Assembly: GCA_951406725.2 (NCBI GenBank)
Contig: OX597815.1
Location: 76,260,001 to 76,324,000, forward strand
Source: Octopus vulgaris
Taxonomy: Eukaryota
DNA length: 64,000 bases
Direction: 5' to 3'
Shown: piece by piece, positions 23,413 to 37,458 of the stretch
Numbering within the stretch: position 1 is the first letter of the stretch
Layout of the letters: the number at the start of each line of letters is the position of its first letter
The notes under the pieces: model-generated
Database searches by the model: none
Told to the model about the DNA's origin: nothing
The model's input: only the letters and a program-made list of their open reading frames with translations
Position numbers and translations under genes: made by a program

Positions 23413-25464
23413 CACTGGTCAAAAAAAACAACAACTTTAGTCCTCTGCTTGGGTATATTTTAGGTGAAATATATCATATTGATCATGCTGATTCTGAAAA
23501 TCACAACCATTTTTACCCATCACATCTACTTTACTTGTTTTTAACATTGGCATTTTTAGCCATTTTTGTAAAAATCGGCTAGTTTTTACTATTTTTATGG
23601 ATTACTGTTTGGATAATGTTGATATTGCAAATCAATGCAAAGTGTATTTCAAATGGTCTACAACATTATTCAAGATCGTTAGATCTTGTTGTCCAAGTAA
23701 AAAGTTTACCATTTTTAAATCAATCCACTTATGACTGGAGTAGTTAATACTTTCCATCACCTGTTTTATCGGCTCGTACTTTTCTTTCAGTGTAGTGGAG
23801 TGCCCAATCAGTATGGAAGCATACATGTTTGTGTTGAGTAGAAGTACGCACTTCAAGCTGCACTTTGAAGTATTGATAAATAACAAGCATCATATTCATC
23901 AATGCCCAATCTAAGAAGTAACTGTTCAATTTCTTTACAAAACACAAGATCGTTGTTTTGTTCAAAGGATGGGGTAAACTCAGCATCTCAGTTGCAGTAG
24001 AAAGTGACATTTGTTTTAGCTGCTAACAAATTTTTCTTACGAAGGCATGATGCTAACAATTCTGCTGACTCTTTTGGTAAATTCAGGTCTTGAATTAAGT
24101 CCCTCAGTTCATCTTGATTGAACAGTTTTGGTTCATTTGCTGATTCAAAACAGTCAAAAGCACTGTAAGCTTGAATGGCATTATCAAAATCTGGGTCAGA
24201 ATTACTTTCAGTCATCTTGTACTCTAGTTCTTGTGCAAGTCGTGTGATTACAGCGGGAACTGGAATATCAGCAAATCTCTTGAAAACTGGAGCTAGAAAA
24301 TGTTCAGAATGTGGTATGGGCCGAATAGCAGAGAGAATGGAGAGGTAGGATATTTTCTTTCTGTTCTTCTTGTTGAATTCAACCAAACTAACCATGCAAA
24401 AGTAGCAATCATCGTGATGATTCTTCAGTTCATGCCATATCACTGGAATCCTAAATTTAAGGGAGGTTTGAGTACCTTTTGTCCACAGGCGTATACTCTC
24501 CTTGCATGACTTGCAAATGATGTGTGATGCCCATGACTTGTCCTGATCTCCAAGTTTAATATTGAAATACATGTAGTAGGCCGTCTCTTAGAAATCATTG
24601 ATTTGTTTTCTATTTTCTTTGAATGTAAACTTGCCACAAGTGTAGCAGAACAAATCTGGATCATTTGTACAGTACCTTGAGGATACCATATTTATTTCTG
24701 ATAAAGTATGATCATTCATATCCACACAAATTTTTTATTGTATTCCTACAAACTTGAACAACATCATATCCCTGCAGAATCTACTACTCGCAAGGAATAC
24801 TAAACTTTTCCTATAATGCTGATAGATGTTCTAATGATTCTGACAAAAGTAACTATTTCCCAGTCAATGTGAGGTGTGCCTAAACACAGTGAGTTCAGTA
24901 ATATTTAAACACACTGATTGCAATGCATTGATTCAGAGAGAACAATGACAGCCAATCAGAGAGAACAATGACATCATAAAAAGCCAATCAGTGTCTTCTG
25001 AATTCGATGTGTTTAGGCGCTCCTGTCAATGTGACAACAAACAAAATTCATAAATCACAAAAGAAAGAATTTGTTATTGTTTTGTGTGAAGACTACCTGG
25101 TGGTAATTCCATCTAAAAATTTCTGATTATACAGCTTTTAGTATCACAATAAAGGACCACTTGGGATTGTCAGGTTCATCTGTCAAAAATAGCATTACTT
25201 TTAATTTTTTTCTTTGTTAAATGCCTAACAGTAATGTTTATAGTGTTTGTTTCAATGCCAATTTGCATTGTTATAGCTTGAAGAAGTAAAAATAGTATTT
25301 AGAAATATCAGGATACAATAGCATTTTTGGTCAAAAATTGTGATTTAAAAAAAAAAAAAATGTTTTTTTTATACTGCCCAAACCTGATGTGATGGGAGAA
25401 AATGGATGTCATTTCTGGATTCAGCACCCCAAAATCAGCAAAGAAGAAATTGTGTTGACCAGTG
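23413..25464 (-). mobile_element. Internally deleted Chapaev3-type (CMC) DNA transposon
   Basis: TTA|CACTGGTCAA...TTGACCAGTG|TTA (3-bp TWA TSD) with subterminal inverted repeats. Transposase remnants MVSSRYCTNDPDLFCYTCG (ATG 24689), YFNIKLGDQDKSWASHIICKSC, NHHDDCYFC and DLKMVNFLLGQQ, truncated after that. Confidence 0.8.
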
Positions 25465-26416
25465 TTATATATCAATCAAATATAGCTAGGAAGCCTACTT
25501 TGCTACCACATGGTTTTGGGTTCAGTTCCACTGCATAGCAGCTTAGGGAAGTGTCTTCTACTATATGAATGAGCTAATCAATACCTCATGAATGAATTTG
25601 CTAGATAGAAACTGAAAGTTTGTGTATGTGTGTGTGTGCGTATATATATGTACACGACAAGGAATAATGTTTGTCTCTATGGAAACAAAAGGGTTTATAG
25701 GACTGCAAAAAAGAAGTGCTCAAATGTAAATGAGACAAAGATAAAGAGACATTAATCATAGAACAAACATCAAATTCGAGTCAACGACTTTATATATAAC
25801 ACCATACCTCAAACATTTGATCAAATATAAATATTACCATGGTTCTTAAACATATAAAAATATACATATACATAAAAACACACAAGGTAAAAATATATAT
25901 GCAAATAAAATACAAATATATAGAATGGCCTATCAAAAGGTAAATATAAATGACTAAACATTCATAAGAATTCTAAAGCATGTCATGCTACTAAAAACTA
26001 AATAAACTAAGATAAAATAAAATACCAACTGACTAGAAATATTTTAAAAGGTTTTTTTTTTTACTCCCCTCACACAAGAGTACTTCCAAAAAGTTCACTT
26101 CTTAAGCATTATGAATTGATTTTGTAGAACTCTTTTTGCTTAATGGTTTTAAGAATTGAACTTATTAATGTTTGTTTGTATATATATATATATACACTAC
26201 CGTCAGAAATTAATATATATATATATATATATATATAGTTCACTACGTAATTGTTTGCAGAGCATAGTCTACAGCTATGATGTTGACATAGCATACATAT
26301 CTTCCTTTGTTTAATAGATATAGGTAGCGCTCGCAGACATCACACCATACTAAGTTTTCTCATCGCGTAAGACGTTTTAGCCATAGGTTAAGATTTAACC
26401 TATTTAATAGTAACAA

Positions 26417-26455
<39 letters not shown>

Positions 26456-26578
26456 TACATACATACATACATACTAATACAGAATAGTAACGACTACCAA
26501 AATTCCAATGCGACACGCTTTCATATTTGTGAAAATCTCTTCATATGAAACTAATGGCTACCTTGTTAAACCACAAAT

Positions 26579-26610
<32 letters not shown>

Positions 26611-26706
26611 ACGGGAAGGCTTACGAAAATAAACAAAAGACGAAGGCAGGTGGAGTACAAACAAATAATGTATTAGTATGGCGCTCAGGAATAGAAATAA
26701 AACAAG

Positions 26707-26744
26707 TCTTTTACGTTTCGAGCCTACGCTCTTTGACAGAAAGA
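26707..26744 (-). ncRNA. Minimal hammerhead-like motif with altered core
   Basis: Minus strand reads TCTTT-CTGTCAA-A-GAGC-GTAG-GCTC-GAAAC-GTA-AAAGA. Stems I and II are perfect, core is CTGTCAA instead of CTGANGA. Lies in a ~215-bp insert in (TA)n (26610-26822). Confidence 0.65.
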
Positions 26745-27981
26745 TACACAGAAAAGAAACAAGGAGAGAAACAAGGAGAGAAAAAAAAAATTGTGTGTAG
26801 GGGCTAATGATCCAACATGGCATTCATATATATATATATTTATATGTGTTTGAGTGTGTGTGTGTGTTTACATCACTGTAATAAGCAGTTTGGCATACAA
26901 ACTGACAGAATAAGTACCAGATTTTTAAAAAAAATACAAGTAGGGGGTTGATTTGTTTGACTAAAAGCTTTCAAGGCAGTGTCCCAGGATGCCCACAGTT
27001 CAATGATTGAAATGAGTAAAAGATAAAGATACGAGGAAATATGGTAATTTTGAAAGATTTAAAATGAGAACTATTTCACTCACTTTTGAAGCTGTTAAAT
27101 ATATTCTTTGAGTATAACGTGGACATTGGCAGAGCCTCAGAAGAATACTGCTCCTAGACAAAAATAAAAGTAATAATGAGAGTTGAAATAGCATAAATGT
27201 GGGCAATAAGAGATGGGCAGATGGACAATGTGAGAGGGTACAACAGGTAGACAAAATTCAAAAGTGATGGACAAAAAAAACACAAGAAAAATATAACAAA
27301 TACAGTGTACAGTGAATAGTACGACAAAAAAAAGGGGGGAAAAAGTAGACTGATATTTTGGGTGAACCCTTTATCAAAGTAAGAAACAAGAAAAGAAGCA
27401 ATATTGGTTTGAAACATGTATCTTTCTGTTACATGCTGTAGAGTGTGTGTTTAATGAGACCCCTTTCACAGTGAAATTATTATCAATTCTAAATTAATTT
27501 AAGATCATTAATAAATAGTATTTTTAAAACATTTTCTCTGGTTATATGAAATAAATATGTTACCAATATTTAGTAATGTGTGATGCATGAGATAAACTGC
27601 AAAGGCAGTAGGCAATTAAAAAGGCTAATAATATTTAAAAGGTAGGACTATATAAAAAAAGTGAGTGTGGAAATGTCTTAGAATTTGTTAAGTTCCAAGT
27701 CAGCTTGGGCTCATGGTCAAAGGTTATTCCAGCCATAATCATCCTGTCTTTTATTCAGACAGTGTATGTAGCTCTATATAACCTAATGTAACATTTTTAA
27801 AGACTATAAGCTGTAGAAACCCCTGCCAGGGCAGACACTGGAGTATGATGCAGTCCTTGGGCCCATCAGATCCTGTCAAACCATCCTGCCCACAACAGAA
27901 TGGAACAGAGAAGTTAAATGACAATGATTTAGGATGCATTTTGCAGATTTGGTTGCTATTTCTTACAGGTTGAGCAAATGC

Positions 27982-28132
<151 letters not shown>

Positions 28133-29614
28133 TTTCACTAATTCTAACCAGTTGGCTGCAGCCATGCTGCACAAAACCATGGTCCACAATTGCTTGAATA
28201 CTGGGGAGTTTTATTCATACATTTTATGAAATTGTTGCATTTTATGAAACTGGTTGTTTGATCTAGGTTTAATGCTCGGCCTAAGTGACCTGCAAACAAA
28301 CAATATTTCATGCCTTTTAATGCTTAATTGTAAAACTCTTCAACCAATTAATCAGCTGTTACAATTGTCCAGTGTTTCTATAAAACACTAAAAGAAACAA
28401 ACAAATAAAAAAGTAAACAAAAATCACAAAAGACTTAGCAGAGGCATCCTTGTTTTATTGTTCTTAAGTAGTTACTTAGAAAACTTGCTTGTATTGAATA
28501 AAGAAATAATCAATATTTGCTTTAAGAAAACAAAAAGATTTTCCTGGACCGAGCAAATAACAACATTGACAGAAACCAGGAGCCTAGTTCTTAACCGCAT
28601 AGTTAAGTAGTCAAGTACCAAGTTATAAGTTCACAGTGTGTGGGTTCAAAACTAGAGGAGAAGTCTACTGAGTATATGGGCTACTGCAATATCTTAGATA
28701 GCGTCAGTTCCTAATGCTACAAAGACCAGGCACCAGTTATTTTTGTGTTAGACTTGTGTCAGCCTAATCAAGAGTTAGGCAACAACTGCACATGGTTCAT
28801 AAAACAAATTTTAGTTTCAAAATTATGCAAACAAAATAACCATAAAATAAAGCACCTGAAATTGTATAAATAAAAAGATGACAGATGAAAGAGGCTTGGT
28901 AACTGTAGACAGACTGTCAGACAATATGCTGTCATACACTGACACACACATGTAAACGTGAGACAGTAACTAAGCAAACAGTTAAAAAAGAAAAGGATAA
29001 CAATGTAATTAACAGCTGTGTTGCTTGGTAACTGATAAAACAAGATTCTTACAATGGTAAATCAATGGATTGGTAAATATTACTCAGAGGCTGGGTTTAT
29101 GGTGGGATTTTTGCAGGAGAACAGACAAAATGGTTTTGGCTATTTTTTAATCTTTTTTTGTCTGTTGTTTTATGAAATTCAGTAAGAAATACCAAAATTT
29201 AACATGGAAAATATTTAATCTGTATGGTATCATGGTTGAGTGTCTTCTACTATAGCCCCAGGTTGACTAAAACCTTATAAGTGAACTTGTTAGATGGAAA
29301 CTGAAAGCCTAGTGTATGTGTGTGTGTTTGTTACATGTGGTTGAGTATAATATTCCTAATTCCTTTAAGGTACTGAGTAGGCAGAATTGTTAGAGCATTG
29401 GAGAATATGTTTTGTGGTGTTTAGTTTGACTCTTTAAATTCATAGCTCAAATTCTAACGCGGACAACTTAACCTTTCATTCTTTTGGGAGTTGATAAAAT
29501 AAAGTGTCAGTCAAGTACCAGGATTGATAGCATTAACTAAACTCCTCCCTTGTTTAAATCAGAAGATGTTGTTTCTAACTTGCTTATATAAAAAAGGTTG
29601 CTAACACTTATACA

Positions 29615-30105
29615 TCTATTATATAAAATCCGTTGTCTGTCTCTGTATGTCTTCTAGGATCTCGGGCATCCTCCATCCAATTACGCTCAAATTTGATATG
29701 TATATACCAACGATATCAGGGCGTGTATAAGTCTTGAAAAAATTACAAAAATCGATTCCAGGTGAGAATGTAATCGATAAAGCCGTGGGAACGTGCAAGT
29801 ACATCAGCTGTTGCTATTGATTCTACGCATATGCAAGAAAAATGCACAGTGTCTCAAATTTAGGTTAAATCAGTGTTTCTCAAAGGGAAGACCTATGGGA
29901 TGGTTGAACAAGTTGTTTTGAGAAAATTTGGTTTAAATGTTTGGCAACACAGCACTGTCCATTGGAGGGGGGGGGCGTTTTGCTCGTGATGTAATAATTT
30001 GCAAACTGCTAATTAATAAAATTACAAGTCTTCCTCCTATGCATCAATTAAAATATTAATTTTTAACTCTGACACACAGACACGCATTTATAGAAAAGGT
30101 CTGTA
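29615..30105 (+). mobile_element. Non-autonomous Helitron-like element (5' end clear, 3' end uncertain)
   Basis: A|TCTATTATATAAAATCCGTTGTCTGTCTCTGTATG start followed by a typical ...ctcaaatttg segment, locally CpG-rich. Confidence 0.55.
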
Positions 30106-31704
30106 GTCACCTATATCAATCCATATATATCATTTATATTTATGCTATCAGCACCAGTGTAAGAAAAAGTATGGCTGTGTGGTTAAAAAGCTCATTTTGC
30201 AACTATGTGACTTTGGGTTCAGTCTCACTGTGTGACCCCTTGGGCAAGTGTCTTCTGGGCCAACCAATGCCTTGTGAGTGAATTTGGCAGACAGAAACTG
30301 TGTGGAAGCCAACTGTGTATATATGTGTGAGTGTGTTTGTCCCTCCTGCACTGGACAACCAGTTTATTTGTCTCAGTAATTTAGTGATTTGGTAAAAGAG
30401 AATGATAGAATCAGTACTGGATCTAAAAAAAAAACAAAAGAAAAAACAATTGTGGAGTGAATTTGTTTGACTAAATCCTTCAAGGTGGTGCTTCAACATG
30501 GTCACAGTCTAATGACTGAAACAAATAAAAGGTGAAAAATAATGCCAATCCCAGCTGGATTTGAACTTGGAATGTAAAAATGAAGTAACTGAATCATCAT
30601 CATTTAGCATCTGTTTTCCATGTTGGCATGGGTCAGATGGTTTGAGTGGAACTGGTAAGCTGGACAGCTGCATCAGGCTCCAGTCTGAATATACAAAGTA
30701 AATTCTCTTTACAACAGCTCCACCATCTTTCCCTAATTAACATTGAAATATCATTCCTGTTGATCCCAGAATATCTAATGCAGTTAATAAATATTTCAAT
30801 TGTCACATCAATAACCAGTTAGTCTCCAGTTCCTATTCCTTTGCCTTCACAATTAATCACATCAGCCATTATTCTTAGATAGATATTGAACTCTAATCCA
30901 TTGTGTTTTAGAGTATTACTGTCAAGCTTTACAGACTTGTAAGTAGTCACAACATTCAATGAAGATGGCAGCTGAACCACAAGTTCAATGGATGAAATCC
31001 AATTAACACATGATATAATCACTTGGAATACTTAAACTGCTGATTGTTAGTCTAATTATCACACACACACGCAATAATGATTACAGTGATAATGATGTTA
31101 ATGCTGAGGATTGTGATAATACTGATTATGACGAGGATAATGACAACGATGATTATGACAATAATAATTATAAGCCCCCACCCACCTAAAAAAATGTACT
31201 GATAATGATATCAGCTACTTCATGTGTAAATCTGTTTCATGTTGCATCATGCATAAATGTTTTTTTTTGCAAGTAAACATCATCTAATCCTTAAAGAAAA
31301 AACAAAAAAGATTTTCTTTTGACAGACTGAGCAATATAGATTTATTGGAAGGTAAAAGTAAATCAGATTTTTAAATCAATACCATAAAAAAAAGGTGTAC
31401 ATATTAGCATCTGTACTAATTAATTGATGAAATGATAAGATTGACCAATGTGTTATATAATCTATAATATGCCAACCAGCGTGAGAATATCCATTGTTCT
31501 GCATGTTAAGTGTGAGGGGCAGGAAATACATGTGTAAGTGTACATATGCATACATGTGTCTACTACACCAGCTCAGGTCACATTGACTCAGATTGTAAGA
31601 AGTTAGCAACTGAAATGCAGCTAATGATTTACAAGTGACAAATAATATGAATTTGGGATAACTTGATGCGGATTGTGTTTTTATATATTATATGTATAGG
31701 TAGG

Positions 31705-31906
31705 GGGGCTCCGAAATGGAGTCTCAGGGATTTGTGTCCCTGTCTTCCTGAGCTAGTTTTCCACCACATTTCTTAAAAATCGTGGCAGTGGCCTTGGTCT
31801 CAGGACCACTCATGTCTAGAAACTGAGGTTGGGGGTAAGCAAGGGTATGCTCCCTGTAGAAAATCCAGCTCCAAAAAAGCCTCATGATAGCAAGGGAGAA
31901 TGGGCA

Positions 31907-31937
<31 letters not shown>

Positions 31938-32075
31938 ACCAACCAGCCCAAAGGTTGGGGTGGGCTGCAACCACCTGCCTCAGGTGCTATAGCATTGAGG
32001 TAGATCCAGCCACCCCTGTTAATGGGGACAAAACCTGGATTTAAAACACTTGATAATGATGCATCATCATCATCC
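31705..32075 (+). mobile_element. Second RTE-tail-type short element with internal (GCCA)n
   Basis: ggttgggggtaagcaagggtatgctccctgtagaaaa parallels the RTE-tail motif ggttggcgttaggaagggcatccagctgtagaaa. Ends in a GAT-type tail. Confidence 0.45.
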
Positions 32076-34753
32076 TTTGACATGGTTGAACAACCAATCC
32101 CAACCAGCTGGGATTCATAGTACAGGTTGTATTATTCATCCTTTTGATTGCTGAATACAAAATGTTGCTTGCAGGACCTCTGTTTGGGTGATTTCCCCAC
32201 CGGGTCACCATCTCACCCTTGTATGCCAATCTGTTGCAACGATAATCCATTTACAGCTGAGTTGACTGGAGCAATGTCAAATGAAGTGTTTTGCTCAAGA
32301 ACACAATGCACAACTAGTCTTGGAATTAGTACTACAATCTCATGGTCACGAGTTCAACACCCTAACTGCTAGGCCATGCACCTTCACACTATGTCATAAA
32401 TTTAAAAACTAAAACAAATGTATAATACATAAAACCTGGTTTATCATACCTTATATGGAGGAATAACAGAACTGATAGAGTGTCAGATAAAATACCTTGT
32501 GATATTTCATCTGGCTCTTTAGGTTTTGTGTTCAAATCCTGTCAATGTCAATTTTAACTAACATACTTTGAGGGTCGATTAAATGATTAACTAGTAAAGA
32601 ACTGAAGCCAATGGTATTGACTAATCCCTGCCTTCAAAACTGCTGACATTGTGCCTAAATCAGAAACAATTATAAACCTTACAATTGTTAGTGTGTCAGA
32701 TAAAATGCCAAGGGTACTTTATCAAACATATTAAATGTGGAGTTCAAATCCCATCGAAGTCAACTATGCCTATCATTCTTTCATAGTTGATAAAGTAGCA
32801 GTCAAGTGGTCATTGGTTTTAGCTAATCCCCTATCCCAAATTTCAGACCTTGTGCAGATGCTAGAAATGATTATTATAAGGTGATTGATTGCTAGAATCC
32901 TAAGAGTTTTGGGAAAAAATGGCTTGCAACATTCTTTTTTTGTTCTTTATGTTCTGTGTTCAAATCTTGCAGTAGTCAACTTTGCTTTTCATCTTTCAGC
33001 TATCAATGAAATAAAGTACCAACGAAATACCAAACTTGACATAATTGACCATACTCCTACTTACTGAATTGACCATGAAAGGAATTTGAACACTGAATGT
33101 GAAGCTGGAAAAAATGCTGCTAAGCATTTTGAACTAATGGATAAAGAGAACTACAGGCTATAAAACTTGATAAAACAAAAAAAGCCCTAACTGATATTAG
33201 GAAGTTTATAAAGGAAATTATGAAACAGTTCGATATATCTAAATACATAGAAAAGCGCCTGTGGCAGTGACATATAAAAGCACTCATGCAGTGCCATGTA
33301 AAGTGGCTGGCATTAGGAAGGGTATCCAGTCGCAGAAACCATGCCAAATCAGACTGAAGTCTGGTGCAGTTTCCCATTTTGCCAGCTCTGGTCAGACCAT
33401 CCAACCCATGCCAGTATGGACAATGGACGTTAAATGATGATAGAAATATGTAGAGAACAGAAATGATGAAACTATATAAGCTATATAAGTATGGGAAAAC
33501 ACTGGTTGAAGAGAAGAGTAAAAGAAATATTAAAGGCATATAACAGATGATATAGCCTAGACAATGATAAAAGTGTAGTGAACCCTTGCTAAGCCAGATG
33601 TTGAATAAATTGGATAAAATAATGACTGCTAATGTTGATTTCAGCCTTCATCTTTTTCTGAGAATGTCATAGAGGAGTATTTTCTGGGTGTATTAGGTGA
33701 GGGCTGCACTCCCATCAATCTTTCACTTGTTTCAGTACCAAACTGTGGCTATGCTGGGATATTGAAGGGTTCTAGTTGAATGAATCGATCCAAGTACTTA
33801 TTTTGCTGAACTGATAATTACAGTGATGTAAACAAACCAACATTGGTTGTCAAGTGGGGCCAAACGCAAAGACACACACACACACACAATGAATTCCTTT
33901 CAGGTTCCACATCCCAAATCCATTCACAAAGCTTTGGTTGCCTGGGCACACAATGGGACTGAACCTGGAACCACCTGACTGGGAAACAAACTTAAATTCA
34001 TCATAATATTAAGCTCATTGAATAATATAATCCTAATTTTTTTTGTCCTCTGTTACAAAATATTGCAGTAGTTGTTTTGTGGCAGCTATAAATATCCTAT
34101 AGGTAGTGTATTATGATATAGAGCTGGACAAATGGTGAGACAATGAGAAAGAATGACAAAAATAAGAGCTGAAGGCAAGCAATCACTTTTACATCCATCT
34201 TTAAAGAATATATTTTTTCTTTCTAGCATTTCAACTCCTTGTAACTAACCTCTAATTCTCCCCTTCCTCTCTTTCTATCACTCTATATTATGCCAGTTAT
34301 GTATGTAAGATTTATGTGGGTCACTGAAAGCACATACACAACTGTCTGTATTTGATAATCAGGCTGTTGTTTTAACATGCAACAAACACATATAAAACAA
34401 GGAGAAAATATGAATCATATAAACATGCATGCACACACACACATCATCATCATTTAGTGTCCATGTTCCATCCTAGTATGGGTTAGACAGGATCCAATGC
34501 ATCCAAGAACTGTTATTGTTCTCCAGTGTCTGCATTGGCATGGTTTCAATGGCTGGATGTCCTTCATAATGCTAACCACATTACAATGTGTACTGGGTGC
34601 TTTTTCTTGTCACCAGCATTAGTGAGGTTGTAATGCAGCCTGCAAGACTACAAAACCCAAAGGAAGGAGGCAAGTTTTATGCTAGGAAATGGGGAGAAAT
34701 AGGTACAGTACAGGTTCTTGTTGAAGAGGAGCTATATGGCTATTTACATTTAA

Positions 34754-34826
<73 letters not shown>

Positions 34827-35472
34827 TGAATAAGTATTAGCTACAAAAAGATAAATAGTCATGATGAGGTGTCCAGGTGTCTCCACCTCAAATTACAAGG
34901 TCAGTAGAAGTAAGTGGGAACAGAGAAACATAGTGTGTGAAGGTGCCTGACCTAGTGGTTAGAGAGTTCCACTCATAGTTGCAAGATTGTGGTTTCAATT
35001 TCCAGACTCGCTGTGCATTGTGTTCTTGTGAAAAGCACTTCATATCACATTACCCCAGTCTGTTCAGAAGTAAATGTGTAACCTTGCAAAGGATTGACAT
35101 TTTGTTCAGAGGAAATGTTGGCCATCCCATCTAGCCCACTGGGTGCCTTCATTTGAAAGCTACAAGGATGCAAGGAAACACATTGCAACCAATGATGTAC
35201 AACAACATCTGATAGTTTGGTCGATACAGTGATAGCTATATATCATCATTTAATGTCTACTTTTCATGCTGGCATGGGTTCAATGGTTTGACAGGATTCA
35301 GTGAGTCCTAGAGCCATGTGGTGCTCCAATGTCAACTTTTACAGCAAGATAGCCTTCCTGATGCCAACCACTTTATAATGTATGCTGGGTGCTTTTCTTG
35401 TGCCACTGACACCAGTGAGGTTGTCAAGATAAAAGAACAGGGAGAGGATATCATTAGTCATTTGTTTTTTAA

Positions 35473-35690
35473 CACTTTTTGTTACCATATTTCCAATGAA
35501 ATACCTTTCTTTAGTTTCAATTAAGTTTGAAAATCCTAAAGAATTTAGTAAAATTACTGTATGGAACATAAAATGAAATTTTGATGCAAGATTTAAATTT
35601 TTAAGTTTCTTGAAATTTTTTATTTAACTTTAAAGCAGAAAGTTTAAATCATAGATGCAGGGCATCCCAGGCAGGTTGGTATCAAAAGGG
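35473..35690. mobile_element. piggyBac-type MITE (second family)
   Basis: TTAA|CACTTTTTGTTACC...GGTATCAAAAGGG|TTAA. Confidence 0.65.
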
Positions 35691-35989
35691 TTAATTGAAA
35701 GGGTGGAGCCAACACTATTATTTAAGCAATATTGCTGGTAATTTCGATCTTGTTATAAGGTTTGGAAAAGCTATGAACTGAACAGTCTGATATTGTTATT
35801 GTAAATGGGAATCTCAGTATTAATGAAATTATACCAGGAAACATCAATTAGATGAGGCAGCTTCTTGTTAGACAATATCTGGCAGCTAGCTGCTTCTCTC
35901 TGGTTTGAGCCTGTTTGAGTGGGTTATATGTCATCAAAAAGAGCTGCTTTAAAAATTCTAGGCTCTATAAATACTAAAGAAAAAAAAAA

Positions 35990-37045
35990 TTACTTATCTG
36001 AAAATTGGTACAATTATGTTGTTGGCAAATGCAGGCAAAGGGTATAACAGTTTGTATTGTGGATTAGGCAAAAAGTTTAATATTTACAGTGTATTATTTG
36101 TTACTTGTATGTTTCATAATGTTTATTTTATATATTGTAAGGAGTGGTAGGCAATATGTAGAACAAACTACTCAGACATTACACCAACATCTTAATGGAT
36201 ATAAAGAGGTGTTTAAACTTAGCAAGAATCAATACATTTATAAACATTTCAGGGAGCATAGTTCTGGGTTTGAAAACTGTAGAATACAAGTTATTGATCA
36301 GGTAGAAGATAAAGAGTAAAAAAAACAAACAAACAAAACAAACAAACAGGAAATCACTTCTGGAGAAGGAGAATTTTTGGATTAGTGTACTCTAGTATTC
36401 ATCCACTAGATATGACTAATAGGGTTTTAGATTTTGGTAACACATTGGGAGAAAACCAAGCAGGCAATGTACATTTTTCATAGCTGATATTAAGAAGACA
36501 ATGTAGCTACAATAGAAGATTAAATAGGAGTATGTAACTAGATGCAAATATCTAATTTGGGACAGGCCTAGAAAACAATGATTTGAAAACTTCACATAAG
36601 ATTGTGTTCTCTTTCCATACTTATAAACTCTAGGATAGATGCAATAGAGATTTAACAGAGTTAGGCTTTTTTTTTAAATCAATGTTTTTCAAATGAATTT
36701 TTTAAAACAACCAGGAAAAAGACAAAGTCAAGGTAGAATACATGATAATGCCTATCATTAGTAATAACAAGACAGGTTCTTTTGCCAGTTAAGTATACAT
36801 ATATATATGGTAAAGGGTAACATTAGCTATAAACTAAATCATACTGTAGGTGATAGATTGTTTAATTATAGTGCTTGTTAAACATTAATTTGGAAAGCTT
36901 CAGAATGATTTGCCTTGGTGACTGTGATTACAATAAGTCTGAATTCTGCTACAGTGGTGAGGGACATACTTATATGGGGGATTTAAATATTGTAGATGAG
37001 GATTTGAGAAGGATAATGGGGAAGAGTACCAAATACAAATGACTG
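35990..37045 (+). mobile_element. Decayed Naiad-type PLE fragment (N-terminal GIY-YIG plus CxC linker domain)
   Basis: GRQYVEQTTQTLHQHLNGY...IYKHF...IQVIDQ...LLEKENFWIS (GIY-YIG) lies upstream of ISYKLNHTVGDRLFNY and GDCDYNKSEFCY..GHTYMGDLNIVDEDLRRIMGKSTKYK (36917-37039). Confidence 0.65.
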
Positions 37046-37065
37046 GGTAGGATAAATATGTATAA

Positions 37066-37458
37066 GTGCAGGCGTGGCTGTGTGGTAAGACGCTTGCTTC
37101 TCAACCACCTGGTTCCATGTTCAGTTCCACTGCATAGCACTTTGGGCAAGTGTCATCTACTATAGCCTCAGGCTGACTAAAGCCTTGTGAGTGGATTTAG
37201 AGGGGAAACTGAAAGAAGCTCATCATACATATGTGTGTGTGTGTGTGTGTGTTTGTCCCCCACCACTGCCTTGACAATTGGTAGTGGTGTGTTTACATCC
37301 CCTTAACTTAGCAGTTCAACAAAAGAGTTTGACAGAATAAATGCTAGGCTTCAAAAAAATAATAAGTCCTAGGGTCGATTTGTTCGACTAAAACCCTTCA
37401 AGGCAGTACCCCAGCATGGCTGCAGTCAAATGACTGAAACAAGTAAAAGATAAAAGAT
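37066..37458 (+). mobile_element. Full-length tRNA-derived SINE, family A
   Basis: Head, centre, (TG)n and tail as at 15306. Confidence 0.85.

Noticed and set aside
30819-31022. 67-aa minus-strand ORF in unique sequence
   Set aside because: No recognisable motif, ATG context or flanking splice signals.
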